Shown here: in pieces, positions 10,067 through 21,626 of the stretch | Position numbering within the stretch: the stretch's first letter is position 1 | Layout of the letters: the number at the start of each line of letters is the position of its first letter | DNA from: an uncultured Candidatus Saccharibacteria bacterium | Lineage (GTDB): Bacteria > Patescibacteriota > Minisyncoccia > UBA9983 | NCBI GenBank assembly: GCA_964372755.1 | Contig: CAYJQX010000001.1 | Location: 107,382-171,381, forward strand | Reading direction: 5' to 3' | Length of the DNA: 64,000 nt | Notes under the pieces: generated by a model | The model's database searches: none | Told to the model about the DNA's origin: nothing | The model's input: only the letters and a program-made list of their open reading frames with translations | Translations under genes and position numbers: made by a program

Positions 10067-11857
10067 ATGGAAATAAGAAATATTGCCATCATCGCCCATG
10101 TTGATCATGGAAAGACCACGCTAACCGACGCTATTATGCGTTTAACTGGCGCGTCAAAAGAAGGCGTGTCTATGGATTCAAACGCTCTGGAAAAGGAGCG
10201 GGGCATTACCATTTATTCCAAAAATACTTCTGTTCGTTATAAAGACACTAAAATAAATATTTTAGATACTCCCGGCCACGCTGATTTTGGATCGGAAGTG
10301 GAGCGAGTATTGCGCTCCATAGATTCCGTTTTACTCGTGGTGGACGCGCAGGAAGGACCGATGCCTCAAACTCGATTTGTTTTGAAAAAATCATTAGAAC
10401 TTGGTTTGAAGCCCATTGTCGTCATTAACAAAATAGACAAACCGGCCGCCAATCCTAAAAGAACCGAGGGTCAAGTTCTGGATCTTTTTATAGAGTTAGG
10501 GGCAAATGACGAACAATTGGATTTTCCTGTTGTCTATGCCATCGGGCGGGAAGGCGTTGCCAAAAAAAAGCTTACCGATCACGCTGAAGATCTTTTCCCT
10601 CTGTTGCAGACAATTTTAGAAAAAGTGCCTTGCGCCTCTTCGGAAGAAAAAATAATGAGACCTCTCAAGGCCCAGCCTTTCAATCTTGCCTACGATGATT
10701 TCTTGGGAAGAATGGCGATTGTGCGCGTTTATGAAGGCGCGATAAAAGTCGGGCAAAATATTTTTGTAAAGAATAACAAAGGAGAAACGCGTTCGGCCAA
10801 AATCACCAAGATGTATTCTTTTGAAGGATTGGAGAGAAAAGAAACCGTTGAAGCTCTTGCGGGAGATATTGCCATGGTTGCTGGCATTAGCGATATCGGG
10901 ATAGGCGAGACTATTTTAGACAATATTCAAACTGAAGCTTTGCCGTCTATTGCCATAGATGAACCAACAATTTCTCTTTCTTTTTTGGTGAATAATTCTC
11001 CTTTTAGTGGCAGAGAAGGGAAATTTGTAACATCGCGTCAAATAAGGGATTATTTAGAACGTGAGCTAGAAGTGAATGTGGGACTGAAGGTGGATTTTAC
11101 TTCCGCGGATAATTTTCGTGTTTTCGGGAGGGGAGAACTTCATATCGGGATTTTGCTTGAAAACATGAGACGCGCCGGTTATGAGGTTCAGGTTTCTCAA
11201 CCGCAGGCTGTGGTGCGCGAAGAAAAAGGAATAAAAATGGAGCCTTTTGAAGAGGTCATCGTTGATTGTCCAGAAAAATACCAAGGAGCAGTTATAGAGA
11301 AATTAGGCGCTCGCACCTTTGTCCTTACTCTTGTTTCTCAAAGAGATGGGGCGGTCAGGCTTAATTTTGAAGGTCCAACGAGGGGACTTTTGGGATATCG
11401 CAATCAGTTTGTTATTGATACAAAGGGAGAGGGTATTATTTCTTCCCGCTTTGTCGGGTTTCGAGCTTATGCCGGGGAAATTCGCCGCCGTGTCACAGGC
11501 TCGATGATTTCTATGGCAGATGGCAAGGCGCTTGGTTACGCGTTGTGGAATTTGCAAGAGAGAGGTGTTTTATATATTGGGCCCGGCACGGAAGTGTTTG
11601 AAGGAATGGTAATCGGAAATACTATCAAAGGAGAGGAGATGACGGTCAATCCTACCAAAGGCAAACAGCTTACAAATATGCGCGCTTCCGGCTCCGATGA
11701 AGCTATTACTTTAGTCCCGCCATATGAGCTTACAATAGAAAGGGGCTTGGAAGTTATGGCGGAAGACGAGTATTTGGAAATTACTCCCAAAAGCGTTCGC
11801 CTGCGAAAACAATATCTTTCCGAAACAGAGCGGAACAAGGCCAAAAGACCAGTTTAA
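10067..11857 (+). CDS. typA: translational GTPase TypA/BipA
   Basis: [26 protein letters not shown]-motifs; start placed at MEIRN (10067), not the upstream ORF extension. Confidence 0.9.
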   Translation: MEIRNIAIIAHVDHGKTTLTDAIMRLTGASKEGVSMDSNALEKERGITIYSKNTSVRYKDTKINILDTPGHADFGSEVERVLRSIDSVLLVVDAQEGPMPQTRFVLKKSLELGLKPIVVINKIDKPAANPKRTEGQVLDLFIELGANDEQLDFPVVYAIGREGVAKKKLTDHAEDLFPLLQTILEKVPCASSEEKIMRPLKAQPFNLAYDDFLGRMAIVRVYEGAIKVGQNIFVKNNKGETRSAKITKMYSFEGLERKETVEALAGDIAMVAGISDIGIGETILDNIQTEALPSIAIDEPTISLSFLVNNSPFSGREGKFVTSRQIRDYLERELEVNVGLKVDFTSADNFRVFGRGELHIGILLENMRRAGYEVQVSQPQAVVREEKGIKMEPFEEVIVDCPEKYQGAVIEKLGARTFVLTLVSQRDGAVRLNFEGPTRGLLGYRNQFVIDTKGEGIISSRFVGFRAYAGEIRRRVTGSMISMADGKALGYALWNLQERGVLYIGPGTEVFEGMVIGNTIKGEEMTVNPTKGKQLTNMRASGSDEAITLVPPYELTIERGLEVMAEDEYLEITPKSVRLRKQYLSETERNKAKRPV

Positions 11858-11917
11858 TCTTTTTTATTCCACACTTGTCTGATGTAACAATTCAGGAAAT
11901 GATATTATGATCTTAAT

Positions 11918-12337
11918 ATGAGATTTTTTGAGAGAACTTCTTTATTCGCTTTGCGTTTAGTTACTGGCTGGATGTTTTTTTATGCCGGTATTATCAAAAT
12001 ACTTGATTCAAACTGGACTTCGGCGGGTTATATCAAGGGAGCAAAAGTCTTGCCCGAAGTTTATTCTTTTTTTCTGCAACCAAACATCTTGCCTTTTGTT
12101 GATCTTGCCAACAAATGGGGCCTAACTCTTCTGGGAGTCTCTTTGATACTGGGAGTTTTTGTAAGATTCAGCGCCCCTTTAGGCATGGTTTTAATGGCGC
12201 TTTACTATATTCCGATTATGAATTTTCCCCATCCTAATCCGCATTCTTATATTGTAGACGAACACATTATTTATATCTGCGTCCTTTTTGTCCTTATGAT
12301 ATTTAGAGCCGATAGGGCTTGGGGTGTAGGCAGGTAA
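11918..12337 (+). CDS. DoxX family membrane protein
   Basis: RLVTGWMFFYAGIIKI pattern. Confidence 0.8.
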   Translation: MRFFERTSLFALRLVTGWMFFYAGIIKILDSNWTSAGYIKGAKVLPEVYSFFLQPNILPFVDLANKWGLTLLGVSLILGVFVRFSAPLGMVLMALYYIPIMNFPHPNPHSYIVDEHIIYICVLFVLMIFRADRAWGVGR

Positions 12338-12366
12338 GGGAATCGGTCGCTTGCTTGAAGATCTTC

Positions 12367-12421
12367 CTGAAACACAAAAATAAACTGCTCGAAATTTGAG
12401 CAGTTTATTTTTGTGTTTCAG
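12367..12421. terminator. 24-bp perfect palindrome, bidirectional terminator
   Basis: CTGAAACACAAAAATAAACTGCTC-GAAATT-GAGCAGTTTATTTTTGTGTTTCAG between convergent genes. Confidence 0.7.
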
Positions 12422-12433
12422 AATTAGGGAATA

Positions 12434-12583
12434 TTAATCACAACCGCAATCGCATGAGCCGTCTTCCTTGTGTGAGTGATCGCATTTCTCACAGCACATT
12501 TTTCTTTCTCCTCCACAGCAGTCTCCGGCTTCACCCATAGATTCGCTTCCGCAGTTTTCACACTTATATTTTTTGTCGTCCAT
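12434..12583 (-). CDS. small Cys-rich (metallothionein-like) protein, 49 aa
   Basis: manual translation: MDDKKYKCENCGSESMGEAGDCCGGERKMCCEKCDHSHKEDGSCDCGCD; the ORF track reports a different frame. Confidence 0.55.
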   Translation of the reverse strand: MDDKKYKCENCGSESMGEAGDCCGGERKMCCEKCDHSHKEDGSCDCGCD

Positions 12584-12657
12584 ATTAAGTTTTTATTTAA
12601 AACTAACAATATTCGACCAAATGAAAGCCGTTTTTATTATAACAGATTCGTTTGAGA

Positions 12658-12807
12658 TTACTTACAACCGCAATCGCATGAGCCGTCCTTATTGTGGGCG
12701 TGCTTGCATTTTTCACAGGCCTCTACCCTTTCTTCTTTGCAACAATTACCAGCTTTTTCCCTTGTCTCACTCCCACATTCTCGGCATTTGAATGTTTTTT
12801 CGTCCAT
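12658..12807 (-). CDS. small Cys-rich protein, paralog of 12434-12583, 49 aa
   Basis: manual translation: MDEKTFKCRECGSETREKAGNCCKEERVEACEKCKHAHNKDGSCDCGCK; shares KDGSCDCGC C-terminus. Confidence 0.55.
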   Translation of the reverse strand: MDEKTFKCRECGSETREKAGNCCKEERVEACEKCKHAHNKDGSCDCGCK

Positions 12808-12831
12808 TTTTTATTATATATCTTTTTAAGA

Positions 12832-13827
12832 TTAAACGATTAGGCCGATTTTGTTCTTCACCTCCGTTAAAATAACGGAGGATTTTTCCTCTGCTTTTTT
12901 TGAACCATTTTTCAAAACTGCCAAAATTTCTTCTGTATTTTTTATAAGCTCATCGAATTTATTTTGGATAGGAGAAAGATGGGCGATCACAATTTCCGCT
13001 ACAGCAGTTTTAAAATCGTTGTAAGTTTTCCCAGCAAATTCTTTTTCCAGTTCGGCGATTGTTTTGTCGCCCATAATGCTCGCCATTGAAAGAAGGTTTG
13101 AAATGCCGGGCTTTTTTTCCATATCAAATTTTATCTCGCTTCCCGAATCGGTGGTGGCGGATTTTATTTTTTTGCGTATAGTGTCGGCGTCGCCTGTCAG
13201 GGTAATATAGTTCATAGTGCTTGATGCGGACTTGGACATTTTTTTGGTCGGATCGTCTAACCCCATCACTCGCGCGCCTTGTTTGGTTAGCATTAGTTTC
13301 GGCACGACGAAAGTTTCGCCAAAGCGATTGTTGAATCTTTCGGCGATGGAGCGGGTGAGTTCTACATGTTGGGACTGATCTTCGCCAACTGGCACGTCAG
13401 TGGTGCCATAGAGAAGGATATCCGCGGCCATAAGGGTCGGGTAATTTAAAAGACCGGCCATCACGTTTGCTTGTTTTTGGGCTTTGTCCTTAAACTGGGT
13501 CATGCGTTCAAGTTCACCCAAAGGAGTCATGGTGTTCAATATCCAGCCGAGCTCGGCATGAGCGCTCACATGGCTTTGGACGAATACCAAAGATTTTTCG
13601 GGGTCTATTCCGCAGGCGAGATAGGTGGCCACGGCGCGCAAGGTGTTTTCTCGGAGCTCTTTTGGATCCTGCGGGACGGTGATGGCGTGCTCGTCCACCA
13701 CGCAAAAAATCGTTTCTGCTTCACTTGTGTTCTGGAGCTCCACCCATTGTTTTATGGCGCCTAAATAATTGCCGATATGGATCACTCCCGAAGGTTGGAT
13801 ACCGCTGAAGATCACTTTTTTAGACAT
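12832..13827 (-). CDS. trpS: tryptophan--tRNA ligase
   Basis: class I HIGN-like N-terminus (VIHIGNYLG), KMSKS. Confidence 0.95.
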   Translation of the reverse strand: MSKKVIFSGIQPSGVIHIGNYLGAIKQWVELQNTSEAETIFCVVDEHAITVPQDPKELRENTLRAVATYLACGIDPEKSLVFVQSHVSAHAELGWILNTMTPLGELERMTQFKDKAQKQANVMAGLLNYPTLMAADILLYGTTDVPVGEDQSQHVELTRSIAERFNNRFGETFVVPKLMLTKQGARVMGLDDPTKKMSKSASSTMNYITLTGDADTIRKKIKSATTDSGSEIKFDMEKKPGISNLLSMASIMGDKTIAELEKEFAGKTYNDFKTAVAEIVIAHLSPIQNKFDELIKNTEEILAVLKNGSKKAEEKSSVILTEVKNKIGLIV

Positions 13828-13936
13828 AAGCGTAATACGAATCTACGAATGCGCACGAATTTAGAAAAGTTATAATTTGATATTACATTAACATTAGTGT
13901 CATTAGCGAACATTTGCGTATTTGCGTCGAGTTTAA

Positions 13937-15784
13937 TTATACCTCAATTATCACCGGCAAAACCATCGGCTTGCGTTTGGTTTTCTGGAAAAGGAATTTC
14001 GTCACTTTTTCCCGAAGAGATTCTCGGACATAAGCCATATTGATGGGATTCATCTTGCTCGTCATTTCTTCTATGGATTTTCTGATGATATATCTTGTTT
14101 GCTTTAGGAGCTCTTGGGATTCTCGGAGATAAATAAATCCGCGCGAGATAATATCCGGCGAATTTAGAACCTTGCCTGTTTTTGTCTCCACTGTGGCTAC
14201 AACCACAAAAATTCCGTCTTCGGCTAAGGCTTGTCTGTCTCGCAAAACCACTTCTTTAACATCGCCTACGCCGGAGCCGTCCACTACCACCAAGCTTGAA
14301 GGAGCCATTTCTTTGATTGGACTGATAGTTTTTCCGTCTGTTTCTATAATAACGCCGTTCCTGTCAGGCACGGCGACACTTGTCTCAGGCATGCCCGTTT
14401 CTTTGGCTAATTCGCCATTCATGGCAAGGCGGTAATAGTTGCCGTGAACAGGAATAAAAAATTTGGATCGCATGACGCGATGAAGAATGCGGAGCTCTTC
14501 GCGATAGGCGTGGCCGGAGGAATGAATGGCTTCTATGCCGTAATGAATAACTTTGGCTCCTTGGCGCGTAAGATCATCTTTCAGTTTATCAATACTTTTC
14601 TCGTTTCCCGGAATTGCCGAGGCAGAAAGATAGACAGTGTCGCCTTTGTGAATCTTGATATGCTTGTGGCGTTTATCGGCAGTGCGCATCAAAACGGCGT
14701 TTTCTTCTCCTTGGGCGCCCGTTACGATGGCTAAAATTTTCTCTGGAGGAAAGGTCTCAAATTCTTCAATAGGCACAAAAGTGCCTTTTTTGAATTTAGC
14801 AATACCCAGCTCTGTCGCTATTTCCAAGTTAACTTTGATGCTTCGCCCGTCTATGGCCACTTTACGCCCCAGTTTTTCCGCAATACGCACCACTTCAATA
14901 ATCCTTTCTAAAAGAGAAGCAAATGTGGCAATGATAATCCTTCCCTTTGTTTCTCGGAATAATCTTTCCAGATTTTTGTGCACCTCGGCTTCAGTGAAGG
15001 AAAAACCGGGTCGTTCCACATTGGTGGATTCAAGCATTAAGACAAGATTGTTTTCTTTGCCTAATTTTTCAAATAGAACCAACTCCGATTCCGAAGGATT
15101 GCCCTTGCCGTCGTGATTGATCTTGAAGTCTCCCGGATAAATAACATTTCCAAGATCTGTTTCCAAAATAATACCAACGGCGTCTGGAATAGTGTGCGTG
15201 ATGTCAAAAAATCGCGCGCGCAGATTTTTCCCCAAAGGAATAACGTCTTTTGAAGTGATTTCTACGATATTTACTCTCGGGAGATGGGGAAATTCCTCGT
15301 TGCGTTTTAGAATCATGGCTTTGGAAAGGCGGGTGGCGTAAATTGGAGGATTGCCGATCCTATCGATGATGTAGGGAATTCCACCCACGTGATCAAGATG
15401 GCCGTGGCTGATAATTATTCCCCTGATTTTATCTTTTCTCATTTCCAGATATTTAGTATTGGGGATGATATAGCTGATGCCGGGATGCTCTTCGCCGGGG
15501 AATTGTAATCCGGCATCAATAATGACGATGTCTCCCTTATATTCAATAGCGGTCATATTTCTGCCTACTTCCTCAACGCCACCTAGAGGGATAATGCGGA
15601 GATTGTCGCTTTGGGTTATGGGGCCATAGGATTCTTCCTGAGACCCATTTGAAAATGGCCGAACAGGTTTATTGTTTCTGTCCCTGAAATTATTTCTCAT
15701 GGAGGGCCTCCTCTGAGATTGTCTTCTTCTGCTATCTCTTTTCTTCGGCGAACTCGAATCGGTTCTTATTTCTTTTGCTTCCAT
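13937..15784 (-). CDS. rnj: ribonuclease J
   Basis: metallo-beta-lactamase HGHLDHVGG, beta-CASP, RNase J C-terminal domain; Arg/Ser-rich N-terminal tail. Confidence 0.9.
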   Translation of the reverse strand: MEAKEIRTDSSSPKKRDSRRRQSQRRPSMRNNFRDRNNKPVRPFSNGSQEESYGPITQSDNLRIIPLGGVEEVGRNMTAIEYKGDIVIIDAGLQFPGEEHPGISYIIPNTKYLEMRKDKIRGIIISHGHLDHVGGIPYIIDRIGNPPIYATRLSKAMILKRNEEFPHLPRVNIVEITSKDVIPLGKNLRARFFDITHTIPDAVGIILETDLGNVIYPGDFKINHDGKGNPSESELVLFEKLGKENNLVLMLESTNVERPGFSFTEAEVHKNLERLFRETKGRIIIATFASLLERIIEVVRIAEKLGRKVAIDGRSIKVNLEIATELGIAKFKKGTFVPIEEFETFPPEKILAIVTGAQGEENAVLMRTADKRHKHIKIHKGDTVYLSASAIPGNEKSIDKLKDDLTRQGAKVIHYGIEAIHSSGHAYREELRILHRVMRSKFFIPVHGNYYRLAMNGELAKETGMPETSVAVPDRNGVIIETDGKTISPIKEMAPSSLVVVDGSGVGDVKEVVLRDRQALAEDGIFVVVATVETKTGKVLNSPDIISRGFIYLRESQELLKQTRYIIRKSIEEMTSKMNPINMAYVRESLREKVTKFLFQKTKRKPMVLPVIIEV

Positions 15785-15972
15785 ATTCTTTAATTTATCT
15801 TGAGACGGCCACTGCTCATCTTTCTTAAAAGATTTTTAAAAGACCGCATTGGTTCAAGTTTTGTAATATTCTTATTTGTTATTCTAATAATTAATAAACT
15901 TTTGTTTCTCCTTCAACGAGCTTTGGCAAAAGCCAATAAAATATTTTCAAAGGTTTTTTGTTTTTGTTATTT

Positions 15973-17862
15973 TTAATCGGCGAAAGTTTTCCAAACGCGC
16001 TCCGTATTTTTATACCAATTATGAACTTGAGAAAATCTTTCTGAAGGAGTGGTGATGTTTAAAATTGGAGCGCCGGTCTTAAGGTCGCTGGGCTGAATAT
16101 AGATAAATTTAGGCGTGTATAGAAAAATAGCCGGTGTATCTTTTGCGACTTCTTGCGAAAAACTTTGATAAAGTTTCTTTCTTTCCTCTCTGTCTCCCGT
16201 AATTCGAGCAGTTTCAAGAATTTTGTCCACCGCGGAGTTGGCATAGGAGGCAATATTCAAGCCGGGATCATTTTTTTGGGAGGAGTGCCAAAAGGCAAAA
16301 GGATCGGGATCACGGCCGGTAACTAAGCCAAAAAGCAAAGCGTTGTATTTTCTTGTTCTGATGACGTTTTGGTTCAAGTCTCCGGTTTCAAAAATTTTGA
16401 GATTTACTTCCGCGCCAAATTCACTCCATTTTTGTTTTATTATTTCCGCTGTATTTTTTAACTCAGGCACATCGGATGTTTCTATGGAAAAAGAAAGTTT
16501 GGTTGTTTCTTTGCCTTTTTTCTTCTCCCATATTTTTTCTTCATCATTATAAGACCAGCCGGCTGTCACAAGAATGCTCGAGGCTTTAGCAAAATTTTCT
16601 GTGCCACTAGGTTGTTCTATTTGCCCAGCAGGCGCCTCTTCTCCGAAAGTGCCGACAGGAATGGGAGAGTTTAACGGTGTCGCATATCCTTTGAGCACCT
16701 CATTGATAATGAGGTTTTTGTCCAAGAGAATCTCCAGTGCCTTTCTCACTGCCTTATCGGCAAAAACAGGATTTTCGTTCTGATTGAAAAAGACACCAAA
16801 CACTCTGGGGAGGTTTATATCCATTATGATTTTGTTTTCTAGAGGAATTTTTTCCAAAGTTTCAGGAGTAATTCCGCTCATACTATCTATCTCTCCGGCT
16901 TTGTAAGCTGAAACCAAGGCTTCTTTGGAAGGATAAAACTTAAGGTTTATTTTTGTGATATACGGAGAACCTTTTACAAAATATGGGTTTTGCACGAGGG
17001 AGTAAGAGCTTACAATGCCGGAGGAATTTCGCTTGATATCTTTTATTTTATAAGGGCCGGAGCCTTTTGCGGAAATATTAAAATCGCTAAAAGTCATTTG
17101 TTCGGCGGAAGCGTCTTGCCACAGATGTTTTGGCAAAATACCTAAAGTGGTATTTTCAAGAAAAGGAGCATATGGTTTTTTTAAGGTGAAGCGAACGGTT
17201 CTTTCATCTATCTTTTCTATTCCCACTCCTTCCCAACTTGCTCGACGGGGACTTTTTAAAGCGGGATGAGTAGTTTGATTAACAGTGAATATTATATCAT
17301 CGGAGGTGATTTTTTCCTTATCGCTCCAGAGGAGATTTTCTTTCAGGGTAAAATCGTAAGATAAGCCGTCTTCGGAGATGGTATAAGATTCGGCAAGATC
17401 TGGTTCTAGGCCACCTTGCCCATCTGGTCTCATAAGACCGGAATAAACAAGAGCGGTGACATCTCTGTCCGCGTCAGAAATTGCAAGAATAGGGTTGACA
17501 AAACGGGGCGTGCCCACAATACCTTCCGTGATGGTGCCCCCATGTGAAGGAACAGTGACCATAAAAATATTATTTAATTTGTTGAGGAAAAGTAATCCAG
17601 CGATAATCCCCAAGGCGGATATGCCAAGGATAATATTTTTTTCCTTTAAAGAAAGCATCCTGAAAACGTAAAGAACTTCTCTGAATTTCACGAGCTTGGA
17701 AAAACGCAACCAAATTTCTTTGAGAAAGAAAAAAGGCGACCTTTTTGTGTATAAAGATTGAGAACGAGTATCTATTTCTTTTATGAAAGGAGAATGAGGA
17801 TCTATATCCACGGTATGTTTTTTGATAGATTTAATTTTTTGGGAGAAAACAATGTTATTCAA
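15973..17862 (-). CDS. ABC transporter substrate-binding protein, family 5 (peptide/nickel type), membrane-anchored
   Basis: SBP_bac_5-like length and composition; true start may be the internal Met near 17658. Confidence 0.65.
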   Translation of the reverse strand: MNNIVFSQKIKSIKKHTVDIDPHSPFIKEIDTRSQSLYTKRSPFFFLKEIWLRFSKLVKFREVLYVFRMLSLKEKNIILGISALGIIAGLLFLNKLNNIFMVTVPSHGGTITEGIVGTPRFVNPILAISDADRDVTALVYSGLMRPDGQGGLEPDLAESYTISEDGLSYDFTLKENLLWSDKEKITSDDIIFTVNQTTHPALKSPRRASWEGVGIEKIDERTVRFTLKKPYAPFLENTTLGILPKHLWQDASAEQMTFSDFNISAKGSGPYKIKDIKRNSSGIVSSYSLVQNPYFVKGSPYITKINLKFYPSKEALVSAYKAGEIDSMSGITPETLEKIPLENKIIMDINLPRVFGVFFNQNENPVFADKAVRKALEILLDKNLIINEVLKGYATPLNSPIPVGTFGEEAPAGQIEQPSGTENFAKASSILVTAGWSYNDEEKIWEKKKGKETTKLSFSIETSDVPELKNTAEIIKQKWSEFGAEVNLKIFETGDLNQNVIRTRKYNALLFGLVTGRDPDPFAFWHSSQKNDPGLNIASYANSAVDKILETARITGDREERKKLYQSFSQEVAKDTPAIFLYTPKFIYIQPSDLKTGAPILNITTPSERFSQVHNWYKNTERVWKTFAD

Positions 17863-17941
17863 ACGGTCTTTCTTGGGCGTGTTTTCGCAATAACCCAGAG
17901 CTTTAATTTATCCAGAGAAACGAGGAATAAAGATATCTTGT

Positions 17942-18169
17942 TTATCTTATCACGAGAGCTAGAATAGCGGAAATAGCGAAAAGGATAGCGATAACAATAG
18001 TACCGATATACAGGCTTTTTTCCAAACCCCGCTTGGTGTGAAAGGAGCCTCCGCCAGTCCCCATGATTCCCGCGGAAAGACCGCCTCCTTTTTGCTGGAG
18101 GAGAATGGCGGAAACAAGAATCACACTCAAGATTATCTGCAAAGCAGAAATGATTACAGAAAATTCCAT
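17942..18169 (-). CDS. secG: preprotein translocase subunit SecG
   Basis: two TM helices plus LLQQKGGGLSAGIMGTGGG glycine-rich loop. Confidence 0.8.
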   Translation of the reverse strand: MEFSVIISALQIILSVILVSAILLQQKGGGLSAGIMGTGGGSFHTKRGLEKSLYIGTIVIAILFAISAILALVIR

Positions 18170-18214
18170 CGGGGACACTTTATCATAACGCTTGAAGAAA
18201 AGCAAAAACGGAGC

Positions 18215-18242
18215 TTGACAAGGAGTTTTTTTTCATTACAAT
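18215..18242 (+). promoter_or_regulatory. sigma70-like promoter upstream of groES (TTGACA-16-TACAAT)
   Basis: consensus -35 and near-consensus -10 with 16-nt spacer; no CIRCE inverted repeat seen. Confidence 0.5.
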
Positions 18243-18293
18243 TAGGTATCAAATACAAAATTTATTATTAGTTTTAATCTTTTAAATGTAGCC

Positions 18294-18587
18294 ATGAAAA
18301 ATATAAAACCTTTGGGCAACCACGTTTTGATTGAAGTGATAAGCCAAGATAAGAAAACCAAATCAGGCATTTATATTCCAGAGACGGTGGATAAGGAAAA
18401 ACCGGATCAGGGCACGGTTGTGGCAGTTGGCCCCGGCAAAAGAGACGAAGCGGGGAAAACTATCCCGATGCAAGTGAAAAAAGGAGATCTGGTCGTTTTT
18501 TCCAAATATTCTCCCGACGAGATAAATATAGATAATAAGAAATATTTTGTTATAAGCGAAGACAATATATTAGCCATAATTAATTAG
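18294..18587 (+). CDS. groES: co-chaperonin GroES
   Basis: IKPLGNHVLIE...KSGIYIPE...GTVVAVGPG. Confidence 0.95.
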   Translation: MKNIKPLGNHVLIEVISQDKKTKSGIYIPETVDKEKPDQGTVVAVGPGKRDEAGKTIPMQVKKGDLVVFSKYSPDEINIDNKKYFVISEDNILAIIN

Positions 18588-18650
18588 CACTGAGTTCTTA
18601 ACAGAATATCTAATTTAAAATTAAATCAGATTTAAAAGTTTTTAACCTAA

Positions 18651-20348
<1,698 letters not shown>

Positions 20349-20437
20349 TATTTCTTAACCGATTAAACCCAAAAAAAATTAGAAAAACCATTCAGGTATT
20401 GAGTGGTTTTTCTTTGTTTATTTGATATATTTCTTAT

Positions 20438-20962
20438 ATGTCTATAACCCTGATTATTTTCTTAGCCTTTGTTTTGGTTATTGTTGTTTTTTGGTCTGTT
20501 GCTTCCAAAAAAAACTTGCGGAGAAAAAATGCTTTGATTGAGGAAGTTTGGACCGATGCGGATCTGCTGATGAAAAAAAGATACGACCTAATCCCAGAAG
20601 TAGCTGCTATTTTAAGCGGTTATGCTTCGCACGAAAGAGAGGCTTTAAAAAACTTATCCGAGAGCAGGCTAAAAGCCATGGTGGTTACGCGTCCCACGGA
20701 AAGAGCTTACGCGGAGAGAAATTTGTCTTCAACCATCAGAGTTTTTTTTGGAGTCGCGGACAATTACCCGCAATTTAAAACCAATGACAGGTTTTTAGAA
20801 ATCCAAAGAGACCTTATTTCAAGCGAAGAAAAACTGGACGATTATATGCGAGAATACAACGACAGAGTGAGAGCTTTTAACACCAAAATCGGTTCTTACC
20901 CCGCTAAATTTATCGCGGATATTTTAAAAATAAAAAAGAAAGAATTTTTTCAATCGGAATAA
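20438..20962 (+). CDS. LemA family protein
   Basis: N-terminal TM, RYDLIPEV..., ADNYPQFK LemA signature. Confidence 0.85.
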   Translation: MSITLIIFLAFVLVIVVFWSVASKKNLRRKNALIEEVWTDADLLMKKRYDLIPEVAAILSGYASHEREALKNLSESRLKAMVVTRPTERAYAERNLSSTIRVFFGVADNYPQFKTNDRFLEIQRDLISSEEKLDDYMREYNDRVRAFNTKIGSYPAKFIADILKIKKKEFFQSE

Positions 20963-21025
20963 GGCCTTAAATTTTCATTCGGCGTCTATTTTTAATTCTC
21001 TTAAGGGAAAGTTTTGGGGAAATTA

Positions 21026-21053
21026 TTGACAAAAATGAAGTTAGGTATATAAT
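21026..21053 (+). promoter_or_regulatory. consensus sigma70 promoter (TTGACA-16-TATAAT) with -10 ending 6 nt before ATG: leaderless transcript likely
   Basis: perfect -35/-10 hexamers; ATG at 21060. Confidence 0.5.
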
Positions 21054-21059
21054 AAGGGC

Positions 21060-21614
21060 ATGAAAAGATCTACATATATTGTTTTGGGCGTTATTGCCAT
21101 TATTGTTGTTTATTTTTGGTCTTCTTACAACGGTTTGATTTCTACAAACGAATCCGTAGATACGCAATGGGCGCAGGTGGAGACTCAATATCAGAGGCGT
21201 TTTGACCTTATTCCAAATCTGGTGGAATCCGTGAAAGGTATAATGGCCCAAGAACAAGCGGTTTTTGGCGCTTTGGCGGAAGCTAGAAGCCGTTATGCCG
21301 GCGCGACAAATAATAACGACAAAGCGAGAGCCGCAGGCGAACTTGAGGGCGCTCTCTCAAGACTTTTGGTGGTAATGGAGGCTTATCCTCAATTAAAATC
21401 CAGCGAAAATGTTTTGTCTCTGCAGAACGAACTTGCCGGCACGGAAAACAGGGTAAGCGTGGAGAGAAAGCGATATAATGACGCCGTCCGCAACTATAAT
21501 TTGAACGTAAAAAGATTTCCTAAAAACTTAATCGCCTCTCTTTTTGGTTTTGGAGAAAAAACTTATTTTGAATCGGTGGAAGGTTCTGAAAACGCTCCTA
21601 AAGTAGATTTTTAA
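21060..21614 (+). CDS. LemA family protein (paralog)
   Basis: RRFDLIPNLVE..., MEAYPQLK LemA signature. Confidence 0.85.
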   Translation: MKRSTYIVLGVIAIIVVYFWSSYNGLISTNESVDTQWAQVETQYQRRFDLIPNLVESVKGIMAQEQAVFGALAEARSRYAGATNNNDKARAAGELEGALSRLLVVMEAYPQLKSSENVLSLQNELAGTENRVSVERKRYNDAVRNYNLNVKRFPKNLIASLFGFGEKTYFESVEGSENAPKVDF

Positions 21615-21626
21615 AAAAACAAACTA

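Noticed and set aside
12424-12791. Track ORFs 12424-12609 (-) and 12573-12791 (+)
   Set aside because: Wrong frame and strand relative to the Cys-rich small-protein genes, whose manual translation is far more protein-like.
13828-13936. T-box leader upstream of trpS
   Set aside because: Only ~108 nt between trpS start and the RNase J stop; no specifier-loop/antiterminator T-box sequence recognisable.
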